DNA of 64,000 nt, from positions 29,074-93,073 of the forward strand of contig JAJDDT010000009.1 in assembly GCA_029260165.1 (NCBI GenBank), in the 5' to 3' direction. The position numbers were made by a program, and so were the translations under genes. Under the pieces are notes generated by a model. The model was not told the origin of the DNA. It saw only the letters and a list, made by a program, of their open reading frames with translations, and did no database searches. Below, piece after piece: positions 42,307 through 51,354 of this stretch. The stretch is from Phycisphaerae bacterium (GTDB lineage: Bacteria; Planctomycetota; Phycisphaerae; UBA1845). Positions within the stretch are counted from its first letter, which is position 1. Every line of letters begins with the position of its first letter.

Positions 42307-42357
42307 GTCACCCACAAGGGGTGACGCTACAGAAAAATGAACGGGTGACGCTGCAGA
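42307..42357. repeat. third REP-like hairpin copy plus an adjacent tandem half-copy
   Basis: gtcacccacaaggggtgacgctaca (42307-42331) forms a perfect 7-bp stem, gtcaccc/gggtgac. gggtgacgctacagaaaaatg is then repeated as gggtgacgctgcagaagaatg from 42343. Confidence 0.7.
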
Positions 42358-42368
42358 AGAATGGTCGC

Positions 42369-42397
42369 TTGCCGATTTGGGGTTGAGGCGGTATACC
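42369..42397 (+). promoter_or_regulatory. candidate promoter for tRNA-Ala
   Basis: TTGCCG, 17-nt spacer, TATACC, ending 16 nt before the tRNA 5' end. Pattern match only. Confidence 0.3.
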
Positions 42398-42412
42398 GTT
42401 GCACAGATCGGC

Positions 42413-42485
<73 letters not shown>

Positions 42486-42575
42486 TTTTCATTTCCTTGA
42501 CTGATCCGTGTTTTGAATTGTGAACTGTGTTGGGTGGTTGGGGTTCGCGCGGGGAAAATCGGTTATGCTGCGCCG

Positions 42576-44954
42576 ATGAGACGGTGGCGGTTCATTTTGG
42601 TTGTTGCACTGTTGTGCTGCTCCTGTCGCAGGACGGAGGAGGAATCGTCATCGAGCCGGACTGCGGACGAGTCGCCTGCTGACAATTCCAAATCGGTTGA
42701 TTCCAGCCCGGACCTGTCAAAGCTCATTCACGTCACGAAGGGGGCGGCTGCGGGGTATGTGGGGCAGCAGGTTTGTTACTCGTGCCATGCGGATATTTTC
42801 AGGACGTATCAGAAGACGGGGATGGCGAGGTCGTTTTTCAGGCCCACGGTGGCGAACGTTATTGAGGATTTTGAGACGGGGTATTTCTATCACGAAGCCT
42901 CCGGTCGTCACTATGAGATGACCCTCAAGGATGGTCGGTTTCTCGTCACGCGGTATCAGAGCGATTCGGCGGGCGTGCGGATCAACGAGTGGCGGCAGGA
43001 GGTTACCTGGGTGATGGGTTCGGGGAATCACTCCCGGGGTTATTTGTACCAGACAGCGTCCGGGGAGTTGTTTCAGATGCCCGTTGCGTGGTATACGCAG
43101 GCGTCGTCGTGGGGGATGGCACCGGGGTATGACCATGCGGGGCACGATGGTTTTTCCAGGCCTATCACGAGGTCGTGCATGTTTTGCCACAACGCGTATC
43201 CGGAGGTGGCGACGGGCAGCGACATGTACGGTCAGCCCGATTTGTTTCCGACGGACATGCCGGAAGGGACGGGTTGCGAGCGCTGTCACGGTCCGGGAGC
43301 GGAGCATGTCCGGGTTGCGACGGATTTGGGGTCGTCGCCGGAATCGATTCAATCGACGATTGTGAATCCGTCGCGATTATCGCCGGGCCTGGCGAACGAT
43401 GTCTGTATGCAGTGCCATTTGCAGCCGACAAGCAAGCTGACGAGTTTCATGCGGAGATTCGGGTCGGCCGATTATTCGTATCGACCGGGTCAGCCATTGT
43501 CGGACTATATGGTGCATTTTGATTTTGAGACCAATGGCGATGACGGAGAGCGATTTGAGATCGATTCGGCGGCCTACCGTATGCGACAGAGCGTCTGTTT
43601 TGAGAAAAGCGGTGGGGCGTTGACGTGCATCACCTGTCACGATCCGCACTACAAGGTGCCTTCCGAGGAGGTGGGTGATTATTTTCGCGCGCGGTGTTTT
43701 ACCTGTCATGCCGAGGACGCGTGCAGAGTCGATGCGATGAGCGACGACGGCGGGACCGATGGCCGGAGGATCGACGGTGGGCATAGGGCGGGAGGTGATT
43801 GCATTTCGTGCCACATGCCGAAGCGTCGGACGGATGATGTGATTCATGTGGTGATGACGGATCACAAGATTGTTCGACATCGACCCAGGCGGGATTTGTT
43901 GATGGGGTTGGCGGAGACACCGTCGCCGGAGGCGAGGCGGACATTTTTCTACGATGTGGATCGCGCGCCGACGGAATCGGCGGACCTGTATCTGTCGCTG
44001 CCGGAGGTGCGGGACGGGGTCTCCGGGGCGATGGAGCGGATTGCGACGGCGGTACGGGCGGGTGACGTTCGTCATGTGGAACCTGTGTTGGAGCTTGCGT
44101 CGGCGGCGTTGACGGCGGGCGATGTGTCGATGGCGGCGGAGGCGTTGGGGGGTGTTGGTGAGTCGACCAATGGGTTGCCGTTGTATCACGCGTTGTTGGG
44201 GGCGATGAAGGGGGCGGCGGGGGACTGGGCTGGGGCGAAGGCGGCGTTTGAAAAGGCATTGAAACTGTCGCCGAATCATTCAACGGTTCGTTACAACCAT
44301 GCGACGGCGGCGATGAAGACGGGTGAGTTGGATGTGGCGGAGGCGGGCTTGAGGGAAACGATTCGGTTGCGTCCCGCGCACGCCAAGGCGCATTTCAATC
44401 TTGGGAATGTCTACGTCAGGACGGAGCGGCTGGTGGAGGCGGTGGGGGCGTTCGAGAAGGCGGCGGCGGTTGATCCGAATTATCGGTCAGCCTACTACAA
44501 TGCCGGGCTGGCACGGAATCGGTTGGACGACGAGGCGGGTGCGATTCGTATCTGGCGGACCGGGGTGCGACGTGGGGTACCGCATCGCAGGATGAATTTG
44601 AAGCTTGCGATGGTGTTGATGACGGCGGAGGATGAATCGTTGCGTGATGAGCGTGAGGCGTTTACATGGTCCATGGCGGCGATGATGCAACGTGACGATG
44701 CTGAGGCGCGGATCGTTTTGGCGGCTGCGATGCTGCTGAACGACCGGGCGGCGGAGGCGTTGTCGATGGTGGAACCGTTGGCGGTGGGTGATGGCCAGGT
44801 GGATGCCCTCCTGATCGTGGCGATTGCGAGGAATCGGCTCGGCATGGATGGTGCTCGCGATGTGTTCGCGCGGATCGTTGAGCAGGCAGGTGATCGTCCG
44901 TTGCGTCGCAGGTTGATGAAGATGGCGCGGGAAAGTTTCGACGGAAGTGAGTAG
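42576..44954 (+). CDS. multihaem c-type cytochrome (7 CxxCH) fused to a C-terminal TPR domain; probable lipoprotein
   Basis: Haem motifs: CYSCH, CMFCH, CERCH, CMQCH, CITCH, CFTCH, CISCH. N-terminus MRRWRFILVVALLCCSC. C-terminal TPR-like repeats (AHFNLGNVYVRTERLVEAVGAFEKAAAVDPNY...). Confidence 0.85.
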   Translation: MRRWRFILVVALLCCSCRRTEEESSSSRTADESPADNSKSVDSSPDLSKLIHVTKGAAAGYVGQQVCYSCHADIFRTYQKTGMARSFFRPTVANVIEDFETGYFYHEASGRHYEMTLKDGRFLVTRYQSDSAGVRINEWRQEVTWVMGSGNHSRGYLYQTASGELFQMPVAWYTQASSWGMAPGYDHAGHDGFSRPITRSCMFCHNAYPEVATGSDMYGQPDLFPTDMPEGTGCERCHGPGAEHVRVATDLGSSPESIQSTIVNPSRLSPGLANDVCMQCHLQPTSKLTSFMRRFGSADYSYRPGQPLSDYMVHFDFETNGDDGERFEIDSAAYRMRQSVCFEKSGGALTCITCHDPHYKVPSEEVGDYFRARCFTCHAEDACRVDAMSDDGGTDGRRIDGGHRAGGDCISCHMPKRRTDDVIHVVMTDHKIVRHRPRRDLLMGLAETPSPEARRTFFYDVDRAPTESADLYLSLPEVRDGVSGAMERIATAVRAGDVRHVEPVLELASAALTAGDVSMAAEALGGVGESTNGLPLYHALLGAMKGAAGDWAGAKAAFEKALKLSPNHSTVRYNHATAAMKTGELDVAEAGLRETIRLRPAHAKAHFNLGNVYVRTERLVEAVGAFEKAAAVDPNYRSAYYNAGLARNRLDDEAGAIRIWRTGVRRGVPHRRMNLKLAMVLMTAEDESLRDEREAFTWSMAAMMQRDDAEARIVLAAAMLLNDRAAEALSMVEPLAVGDGQVDALLIVAIARNRLGMDGARDVFARIVEQAGDRPLRRRLMKMARESFDGSE

Positions 44955-44959
44955 CGGTA

Positions 44960-45547
44960 TTGGCGGACTGGTCGATCGACACGTTGCTGAAGTTGTGGCC
45001 TGCGGGGCTGACCGGGGTGGGTTGCCTGGTCCTTGCCGCGATGGCGGGGGGTTTGATCGTAGGTCGGGGCGAAGGGGGGTTGTCGCGGTTTCTGCGATGG
45101 TGGGTGGTCGATGTGGTCTTGCCGATGATCCGTTCCCGTTCGGGTGTGGTGCGGGCGGTGGTGATTTTCGTCAACAACGCGGTCATTTGTGCACTTCTGG
45201 TTTCGCTGGGACGATGGGGTTGGCTGGTGTGGGTTGGGCTGATTGTCGAGGGGATGACGCTGGGCGGGTCGGCGATGCTGCTTTCGGATTGGGCAGAATC
45301 GGAGGATTTATGGAATCCTGAGCAGACCGACCGTGGCATGCGTCGGGTCCGGGTCGGTTTCGTGCTGAACATGCTGGAGTTGCCAGCCATTGGTTTGTCT
45401 GTGGCGGTAGGTGTGGGACAGTCCTTTTTTGGATCTGTCGTGAGTTCGGGACAATCCTGGTCGATATTTGCGATATGCGTTGTTCCGCTTCTGGTGCTGG
45501 CGGCGGCTGGAGAGTCGCTTTGGATTGGTGCGGGGCCTGGAAAGTGA
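44960..45547 (+). CDS. hypothetical multi-pass membrane protein
   Basis: TTG start 6 nt after the upstream stop. About 5 hydrophobic helices. No family recognised. Confidence 0.5.
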   Translation: MADWSIDTLLKLWPAGLTGVGCLVLAAMAGGLIVGRGEGGLSRFLRWWVVDVVLPMIRSRSGVVRAVVIFVNNAVICALLVSLGRWGWLVWVGLIVEGMTLGGSAMLLSDWAESEDLWNPEQTDRGMRRVRVGFVLNMLELPAIGLSVAVGVGQSFFGSVVSSGQSWSIFAICVVPLLVLAAAGESLWIGAGPGK

Positions 45548-45575
45548 TTTTTGTGCTGTTGTGTGAGAGGAAAAA

Positions 45576-47036
45576 ATGAAGCGTCAACCACCGACCGTCC
45601 TGCGCCGAGCCGAGCAGTTCATGTCCGACGACCGGCGTGTGATCACGCGGCAGTTTATCCCCGGCGATGAGGATCGAATTCGCCATGTGATTGATCGCGT
45701 ATTGGGATTCACGGAGGAACAGGCGGCCTCCCAGCTAACCGAGGTTGTGCGTGATTTCGGTGCCCGTCATCGGAAAATCGAAGCGGTCTTGGAGGACCAC
45801 TTCAAAGCGGTCGAGCACTGCCTGAACGGGAAGGATGTCTCCGGAGTGCGACGGAAGCTGATCGGTGCGTTTTTCACTCAGGAGTACTCGATCGAGTCGG
45901 CTGCGTTGTTTAACCCGTCGATCGTGCCTCATCCGGACCAATCGGGTGTTCCGGAGGGGAACGTCCGGTTCATCATGAGCCTGCGTGCGACGGGTGAGGG
46001 TCATATTTCGTCGATTGTTTTTCGCACGGGGATGATTTATCCGTCCGGGAGAATGGTAGTTGATACGGTCAGTCCGTACGTTGCGATGGAGAAACCCGAT
46101 CCGACGGCGAGGCTTCCGAAGAAGGAGTTTTTCCACAAGCTGATCGAGATGGGTGCGTACAGCGATACTGCGGGGGAGATTCTGGACGCCTTGCCGGACG
46201 AATTTGATGTTTGTTGTCTCCAGAAAACGATCGACGAATTGCGTGGTCGCCGACGTCACGATCCTGCTTTTGATGAGGCGGCTGAGCACATGTTGTGGTT
46301 GGCGCGTTCGTCCCATCACCTGACGTTTCCGGGCGACTGTCCGACGTCGGAAATCGTTATTTTTCCGGTGACTGAGAACGACAGCCGGGGGATTGAAGAC
46401 GCGCGGTTTGTGCGTTTCGAGGATGATGACGGCAAGGTGACCTATTACGGTACCTACACAGCGTACAATGGATTTCGCATTCTGCCGGAGTTGTTGGAGA
46501 CGCACGATTTTCGCAAATTTACGTTTGTTCCGCTCAACGGGAAATTCGTTCAGAACAAGGGGATGGCGCTCTTCCCGCGCAAGATCAACGGTGATTACGG
46601 AATGATCGGGCGCCTTGATGGTGAAAATCTGTACATGATGACCTCGTCGAACGTGCGTTTCTGGAACACGGCTGTGCAGCTTCGTGGGCCCAAATTCCCA
46701 TGGGAGTTGATCCAGATCGGCAATTGCGGGTCACCGATCGAGACGAGCGAGGGGTGGTTGCTGCTGACGCACGGGGTCGGGGCGATGAGGCGTTATTGCG
46801 TTGGGGCGGCGTTGCTCGATCTGGATGATCCGTCGCGGGTGATTGCCTATTCCACCGATCCGATCATGATTCCCAACGAGCGTGAACGCGAAGGGTATGT
46901 GCCGAACGTCTTGTATTCCTGCGGGGCGATGATTCACAACGATCAGTTGATTATTCCGTATGCAATGGCTGATTCTGCGACCAGCGTCGCGACGGTTGCG
47001 GTCGACGAATTGCTGGATTATTTGCTCGATCGCTGA
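45576..47036 (+). CDS. glycoside hydrolase family 130-like (beta-propeller glycosidase/phosphorylase) with an N-terminal extension
   Basis: GAGAGGAAAAA RBS. IEDARFVRF..DG.YYGTYTAYNG, NKG.ALFPRKING.Y, GWLLLTHGVG and YCVGAALLDLDDPSRV resemble GH130 (PH1107-related) proteins. Confidence 0.75.
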   Translation: MKRQPPTVLRRAEQFMSDDRRVITRQFIPGDEDRIRHVIDRVLGFTEEQAASQLTEVVRDFGARHRKIEAVLEDHFKAVEHCLNGKDVSGVRRKLIGAFFTQEYSIESAALFNPSIVPHPDQSGVPEGNVRFIMSLRATGEGHISSIVFRTGMIYPSGRMVVDTVSPYVAMEKPDPTARLPKKEFFHKLIEMGAYSDTAGEILDALPDEFDVCCLQKTIDELRGRRRHDPAFDEAAEHMLWLARSSHHLTFPGDCPTSEIVIFPVTENDSRGIEDARFVRFEDDDGKVTYYGTYTAYNGFRILPELLETHDFRKFTFVPLNGKFVQNKGMALFPRKINGDYGMIGRLDGENLYMMTSSNVRFWNTAVQLRGPKFPWELIQIGNCGSPIETSEGWLLLTHGVGAMRRYCVGAALLDLDDPSRVIAYSTDPIMIPNEREREGYVPNVLYSCGAMIHNDQLIIPYAMADSATSVATVAVDELLDYLLDR

Positions 47037-47152
47037 TTTTCTTTCCGAATCCGGTCGCGGATCGGTCCTTCCTTTTGATATGATGTTTGCGGGTGGTTGG
47101 CTGCGTTTGCGGTCGAGCCAGGTGGTTTGCAATCAACACACGGGCGGTTTCC

Positions 47153-50100
47153 ATGCAAAAGTTCCTGTTGTCCGGGGTTCTGTTTTTCAGCTTGTCTGCG
47201 GTCACGTCGGCGGTGGATGACCCGGGCGATCCTGAATTCGTTCCCGACAGGCTGATCGTTCGGTTTGAGCCGCTGGCGGTGGATGATCCGACGGCTCGCC
47301 GTCCGCAGATTCCGGGCGAGCGACGAATCCGATCCATTGTGCGATCGCGTTCTGATTCCGTGCGTGTCGATGGTGCCCATCAAATCTGCGTTGTTGATCT
47401 GGTCGCAGGTAGTAATGTGCGCGGGTTGGCTGATCAGGTGTCGCGGATGCTCGGGGTTCGCTACGCGGAGCCTGACTATATTCTGCGTGCGGACGACGTT
47501 GTGCCGAATGATGAGCGATTCGGCGATCTGTGGGGACTGGAGAACGACGGTGTCAACGGTGTTTTGGCCGACGCGGATATTGATGTGACGCAGGCGTGGG
47601 ATGTGACGACCGGATCGAGTGATGTTGTTGTGGCGATCGTTGACACCGGCATCGATTTTTCTCACCCGGATTTGCAGGACAACCTGTGGGTCAATCCTGG
47701 TGAATCCGGCGACGGACGTGAGAATGACGGGATCGACAACGATGGCAATGGCTACGTTGACGACGTGTTTGGTTACGATTTTCTGAGGGATGATTCCGAT
47801 CCGTCCGACTCGAACAGCCATGGAACGCATGTGGCTGGTACGGTGGCGGCGGTTGGGAACAACGGTATTGGTGTAACGGGGGTGTGCTGGTCGTCGCGGA
47901 TCATGGCGTTGCGATTCCTGGGGCCGACAGGGAATGGCCCGACGTCAGCGGCGGTGGAGGCGATCTACTACGCGATTGACAACGGCGCGAAGATTATCAA
48001 CAACAGTTGGGGAGGGCGGGCATTCAGTGCGTCCCTGGCGATTGCGGTGGGGGCGGCGGACGACGCCGGCGTGTTGTTTGTCGCAGCGGCAGGAAACGGG
48101 GGCGACAACATCGACGAGACGCCTCACTACCCGGCTTCGTATATACGGGACAATGTTATTTCGGTCGCAGCCACGACGAGCGAGGATATCCTCGCGGGGT
48201 TCTCCGGGTTTGGGCGGACCAGCGTGGACCTCTCAGCGCCGGGGACGAGCACCCTGAGCACGACCCCACCGTTTGTGGCGGGTTTTTCGGAGGACATGGA
48301 AGGAACGCAACTGTTGATGGTGCCGATGACGTTGATCGAGGAGGGTGATACGGGATTCTGGGGTGTGGTTGAGTCAACGTTTGGTGAGGCGTTGGCGATT
48401 CGATCCGACGTGCAACAGTCGTCACCTTATTCAGCCGATGTATCCGCCTATCTGGTCACGCCGCCGATGGATACGCGTGCTCTTCGGGGACTGACGGTCC
48501 GTTTCGACTATCGCTACGAGATCGACCCGAGCGATCTGTTTACGGTTGAGGTATGGGATGGAAGCGAATGGATGGTCATCTTCAGTCGGTCGACTGCGGG
48601 CAATTTCTTCGAGTCGTTCTTCTCGACATCGCGCGATCTGGAGCGTTTTCGCAACGAGGCGATGCGCATCAGGTTTGGCTGGAGCACGGACGATGTGGAC
48701 AACGACGCGTTCGGAATTGAGCTGGACAACCTCTCGATTCAGTACATTGGCAACGACTACGAAGCAGCCAACGCGTACGGATTGAAAAGCGGGACATCCA
48801 TGGCGACGCCGCACGTTTCGGGGGTGGCTGCGTTGCTGTTGTCGTATCAGCCCGACATGACGGTGCGTGAATTGAAAGAGCGTATTCTGTTTGGGGGTGA
48901 CGTGCTCCCTTCGCTCGCAGGGGTCACTGTTTCGAGGCGACGGTTGAACGCGATCGGAGCGTTTGAGTATGTCGGACCGTTGTGCTTGATAACGCCGGCC
49001 GGTGGAGAACAGTGGGACGTTGGTCAGACGTATCGGATCGAGTGGGACTGCATCGGTTGTTTCGTTTTCCCGGTGGACGTATCGCTGTTTCAGGGGGGGC
49101 AGTTTGTGCGTGTGTTGGAGGAAGGGTTCCCGTCTCGCGCGTACATTGACTGGACGGTGCCGAACGACATTCCGAATGGTGGAGGCTATCGGGTACTTGT
49201 GGAAGGGGAAGCGCAGTTTGCAATAAATCAGCAGGCGTTCACGGTGTTCCGATCGACTGTCTATGTGGATGCCAATGCGCTCGGAATGAACGACGGATCA
49301 ACGTGGGACGATGCGTATCAGGATTTGAATACGGCCATGGCGGACGCGATTGACGGTCAGTCGTTGTGGGTCGCAACGGGGGTCTATTTCCCGGCGGAGG
49401 AAACCGAGCCGGGGGATTCGCGATCCGCTTCGTTTTCGTTGCGTGACGGTTTGAAGTTGCATGGCGGGTTCGCTGGTGGTGAGACCAGTCTCGACGAGCG
49501 TGACGTGGTCGCGAATCCGACCGTGCTCAGCGGTGACCTTGCGGGGGATGATGGAATCGGCGGTGTGAACCACGCAGAAAATGCGTATCACGTCGTGACG
49601 GCGGACGGTGTTGACGCGTCGGCTGTCCTGGACGGATTCGTGGTGACCGCAGGTGCGGCAGACGGAGCGTTTCCGCATGAATTGGGCGGGGGGATGACTG
49701 CTACCGGTGGTGGGGATCCGACGGTACGGCGATGCGTGTTTGTCGATAACCGTGCGCGGATCGGCGGAGGCGTTGGGCATCGCGGTGGACAGTCGCAGTT
49801 GATTGATTGCGATTTTGTGGCGAACGAGGCAGAAACTGAAGGTGGGGCGATTTGGAACGCGATCAATGTCACGCCCATGATGCTCAGGTGTCGTTTTGCC
49901 GGAAATCAAGGTAGGTTTGGCGGTGCGATCGCATGGCAGCAGTTTGCCGACACCGTGATCCGCGGATCGGTTTTCGTGGGGAATGTGGCAGACGAGGCTG
50001 GCGGTGCGATGCGGATGAACAATATGAGCGACCAGCAAATCTCGCGTTGTACGTTCGCAGACAATCGCGCGCCACGCGGTGCGACCATGGCGCTCGATAC

Positions 50101-50899
50101 GGGGTTGAACGAGTCCGCCAACGTCGCGATGTCGAATTCGATTCTGTGGAATAACGCTTCCGAGTCCGAAAACGGTGCAAGCGAAGAACTGTCGTTTTTC
50201 AACACGCCACCCACCATTGACTATTCCTGCGTTCAACTCACATCCGAACAGTTTGAGGGCGTTGGGACGGTTCCGTCCGATCCGGGATTCGTCACGATCC
50301 CCGGAGGCCAATGGTCGGCGGTCCCTGTTTACGATGCTGCGCGCCTAATGACCATATTGACCGATGAGGGGGCTGACTGGTCCGTTGGTGAGCTTCGCGG
50401 GCGATTTATCAATCCCGACGTCAGCCAACCTCGATATTGGGTTGTGGCTGACAATGGCGCGAACAGCGTTACGGTATGGGGCGATTTGCAGGTCACAGGG
50501 TCGATCGGATCGTCGTATGAGATTTTCGACCATCATCTGGCGGTCGGTTCCCCCTGCGTAAATGTTGGCGATCCGTCATTCGGCGGCGAAAATGCTGATC
50601 TCAACGATGAGAATGTCGATGGCGAGAACCTCGACCTCGATGGCGACGATCTGGTCGGTTGTCGCGTCGATATGGGTGCGGACGAATCGGCGGCAACACA
50701 ACGGGCCGGTGATTTCAGCGGGGATGGATTTGTCGGATTGACGGACTACCGGTTTTTCCAGATTTGCATGGGTGCGGGGCAGGTGGCCGTGGAGTGGGGT
50801 GATGCCTGTCTGTGCGCGTTCGATTTTGACGATTCCGGTGATCTGACCCTTGCAGATTTTTCCGCGTGGTCTGACGCTGTCGAAGCTGACAATCCCTGA
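47153..50899 (+). CDS. large secreted subtilisin-like (S8) serine protease with beta-helix repeats and a C-terminal dockerin-like module
   Basis: Signal peptide MQKFLLSGVLFFSLSAVTSA. Catalytic triad contexts VAIVDTGID, HGTHVAGT, GTSMATPHVSG. C-terminus DFSGDGFVGLTDYRFF ... DFDDSGDLTLADFSAW. Confidence 0.9.
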   Translation: MQKFLLSGVLFFSLSAVTSAVDDPGDPEFVPDRLIVRFEPLAVDDPTARRPQIPGERRIRSIVRSRSDSVRVDGAHQICVVDLVAGSNVRGLADQVSRMLGVRYAEPDYILRADDVVPNDERFGDLWGLENDGVNGVLADADIDVTQAWDVTTGSSDVVVAIVDTGIDFSHPDLQDNLWVNPGESGDGRENDGIDNDGNGYVDDVFGYDFLRDDSDPSDSNSHGTHVAGTVAAVGNNGIGVTGVCWSSRIMALRFLGPTGNGPTSAAVEAIYYAIDNGAKIINNSWGGRAFSASLAIAVGAADDAGVLFVAAAGNGGDNIDETPHYPASYIRDNVISVAATTSEDILAGFSGFGRTSVDLSAPGTSTLSTTPPFVAGFSEDMEGTQLLMVPMTLIEEGDTGFWGVVESTFGEALAIRSDVQQSSPYSADVSAYLVTPPMDTRALRGLTVRFDYRYEIDPSDLFTVEVWDGSEWMVIFSRSTAGNFFESFFSTSRDLERFRNEAMRIRFGWSTDDVDNDAFGIELDNLSIQYIGNDYEAANAYGLKSGTSMATPHVSGVAALLLSYQPDMTVRELKERILFGGDVLPSLAGVTVSRRRLNAIGAFEYVGPLCLITPAGGEQWDVGQTYRIEWDCIGCFVFPVDVSLFQGGQFVRVLEEGFPSRAYIDWTVPNDIPNGGGYRVLVEGEAQFAINQQAFTVFRSTVYVDANALGMNDGSTWDDAYQDLNTAMADAIDGQSLWVATGVYFPAEETEPGDSRSASFSLRDGLKLHGGFAGGETSLDERDVVANPTVLSGDLAGDDGIGGVNHAENAYHVVTADGVDASAVLDGFVVTAGAADGAFPHELGGGMTATGGGDPTVRRCVFVDNRARIGGGVGHRGGQSQLIDCDFVANEAETEGGAIWNAINVTPMMLRCRFAGNQGRFGGAIAWQQFADTVIRGSVFVGNVADEAGGAMRMNNMSDQQISRCTFADNRAPRGATMALDTGLNESANVAMSNSILWNNASESENGASEELSFFNTPPTIDYSCVQLTSEQFEGVGTVPSDPGFVTIPGGQWSAVPVYDAARLMTILTDEGADWSVGELRGRFINPDVSQPRYWVVADNGANSVTVWGDLQVTGSIGSSYEIFDHHLAVGSPCVNVGDPSFGGENADLNDENVDGENLDLDGDDLVGCRVDMGADESAATQRAGDFSGDGFVGLTDYRFFQICMGAGQVAVEWGDACLCAFDFDDSGDLTLADFSAWSDAVEADNP

Positions 50900-50956
50900 T
50901 CTGTTCCGATAATCGAAGAGGCTGGTGCAACGGGTTTCGTGGTCGGGTCGCGTTGG

Positions 50957-50985
50957 TTGACGTTGCTGCGGGCAATTACTATGGT
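50957..50985 (+). promoter_or_regulatory. candidate promoter for tRNA-Glu
   Basis: TTGACG, 17-nt spacer, TATGGT, about 50 nt upstream of the tRNA. Pattern match only. Confidence 0.25.
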
Positions 50986-51037
50986 ATCGACACGTTGTGG
51001 ACGGCGACCGGGCGCGATGCCGTCTGCACACGAAAAG

Positions 51038-51110
51038 GCCCCCATCGTCTAGCGGCCTAGGATATCAGGTTCTCATCCTGAAGACACGGGTTCGAGTCCC
51101 GTTGGGGGTG
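51038..51110 (+). tRNA. tRNA-Glu (anticodon CTC)
   Basis: GCCCCCA TC GTCT AGCGGCCTA GGAT A TCAGG TTCTCAT CCTGA AGAC ACGGG TTCGAGT CCCGT TGGGGGT G. There is a G1-U72 wobble at the top of the acceptor stem. Confidence 0.9.
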
Positions 51111-51136
51111 TTTGGCGTTTGACCGATCATTGTGTT

Positions 51137-51170
51137 CAGCGGAGCAGTTTTCGTGGCTGCTCCGCTGTTT
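51137..51170 (+). terminator. terminator hairpin after tRNA-Glu
   Basis: cagcggagcag (51137-51147) / ctgctccgctg (51157-51167): a perfect 11-bp stem followed by ttt. Confidence 0.7.
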
Positions 51171-51354
51171 CCGTGTGACGCCCATGGTGTCCCGACGAAT
51201 CGAGATCGCACCCGTTTGACCGATAAATCCGGTGGTATTGTGACTACAATTTGTTGTCGCCGTGTGGGACGATCGCGTGGAAAAAATGACGATACACCAT
51301 CGGGGTTCCGGCGGCTGACTGCGTCGCCCCATTGATATTCACAGGAGTAGTCGA

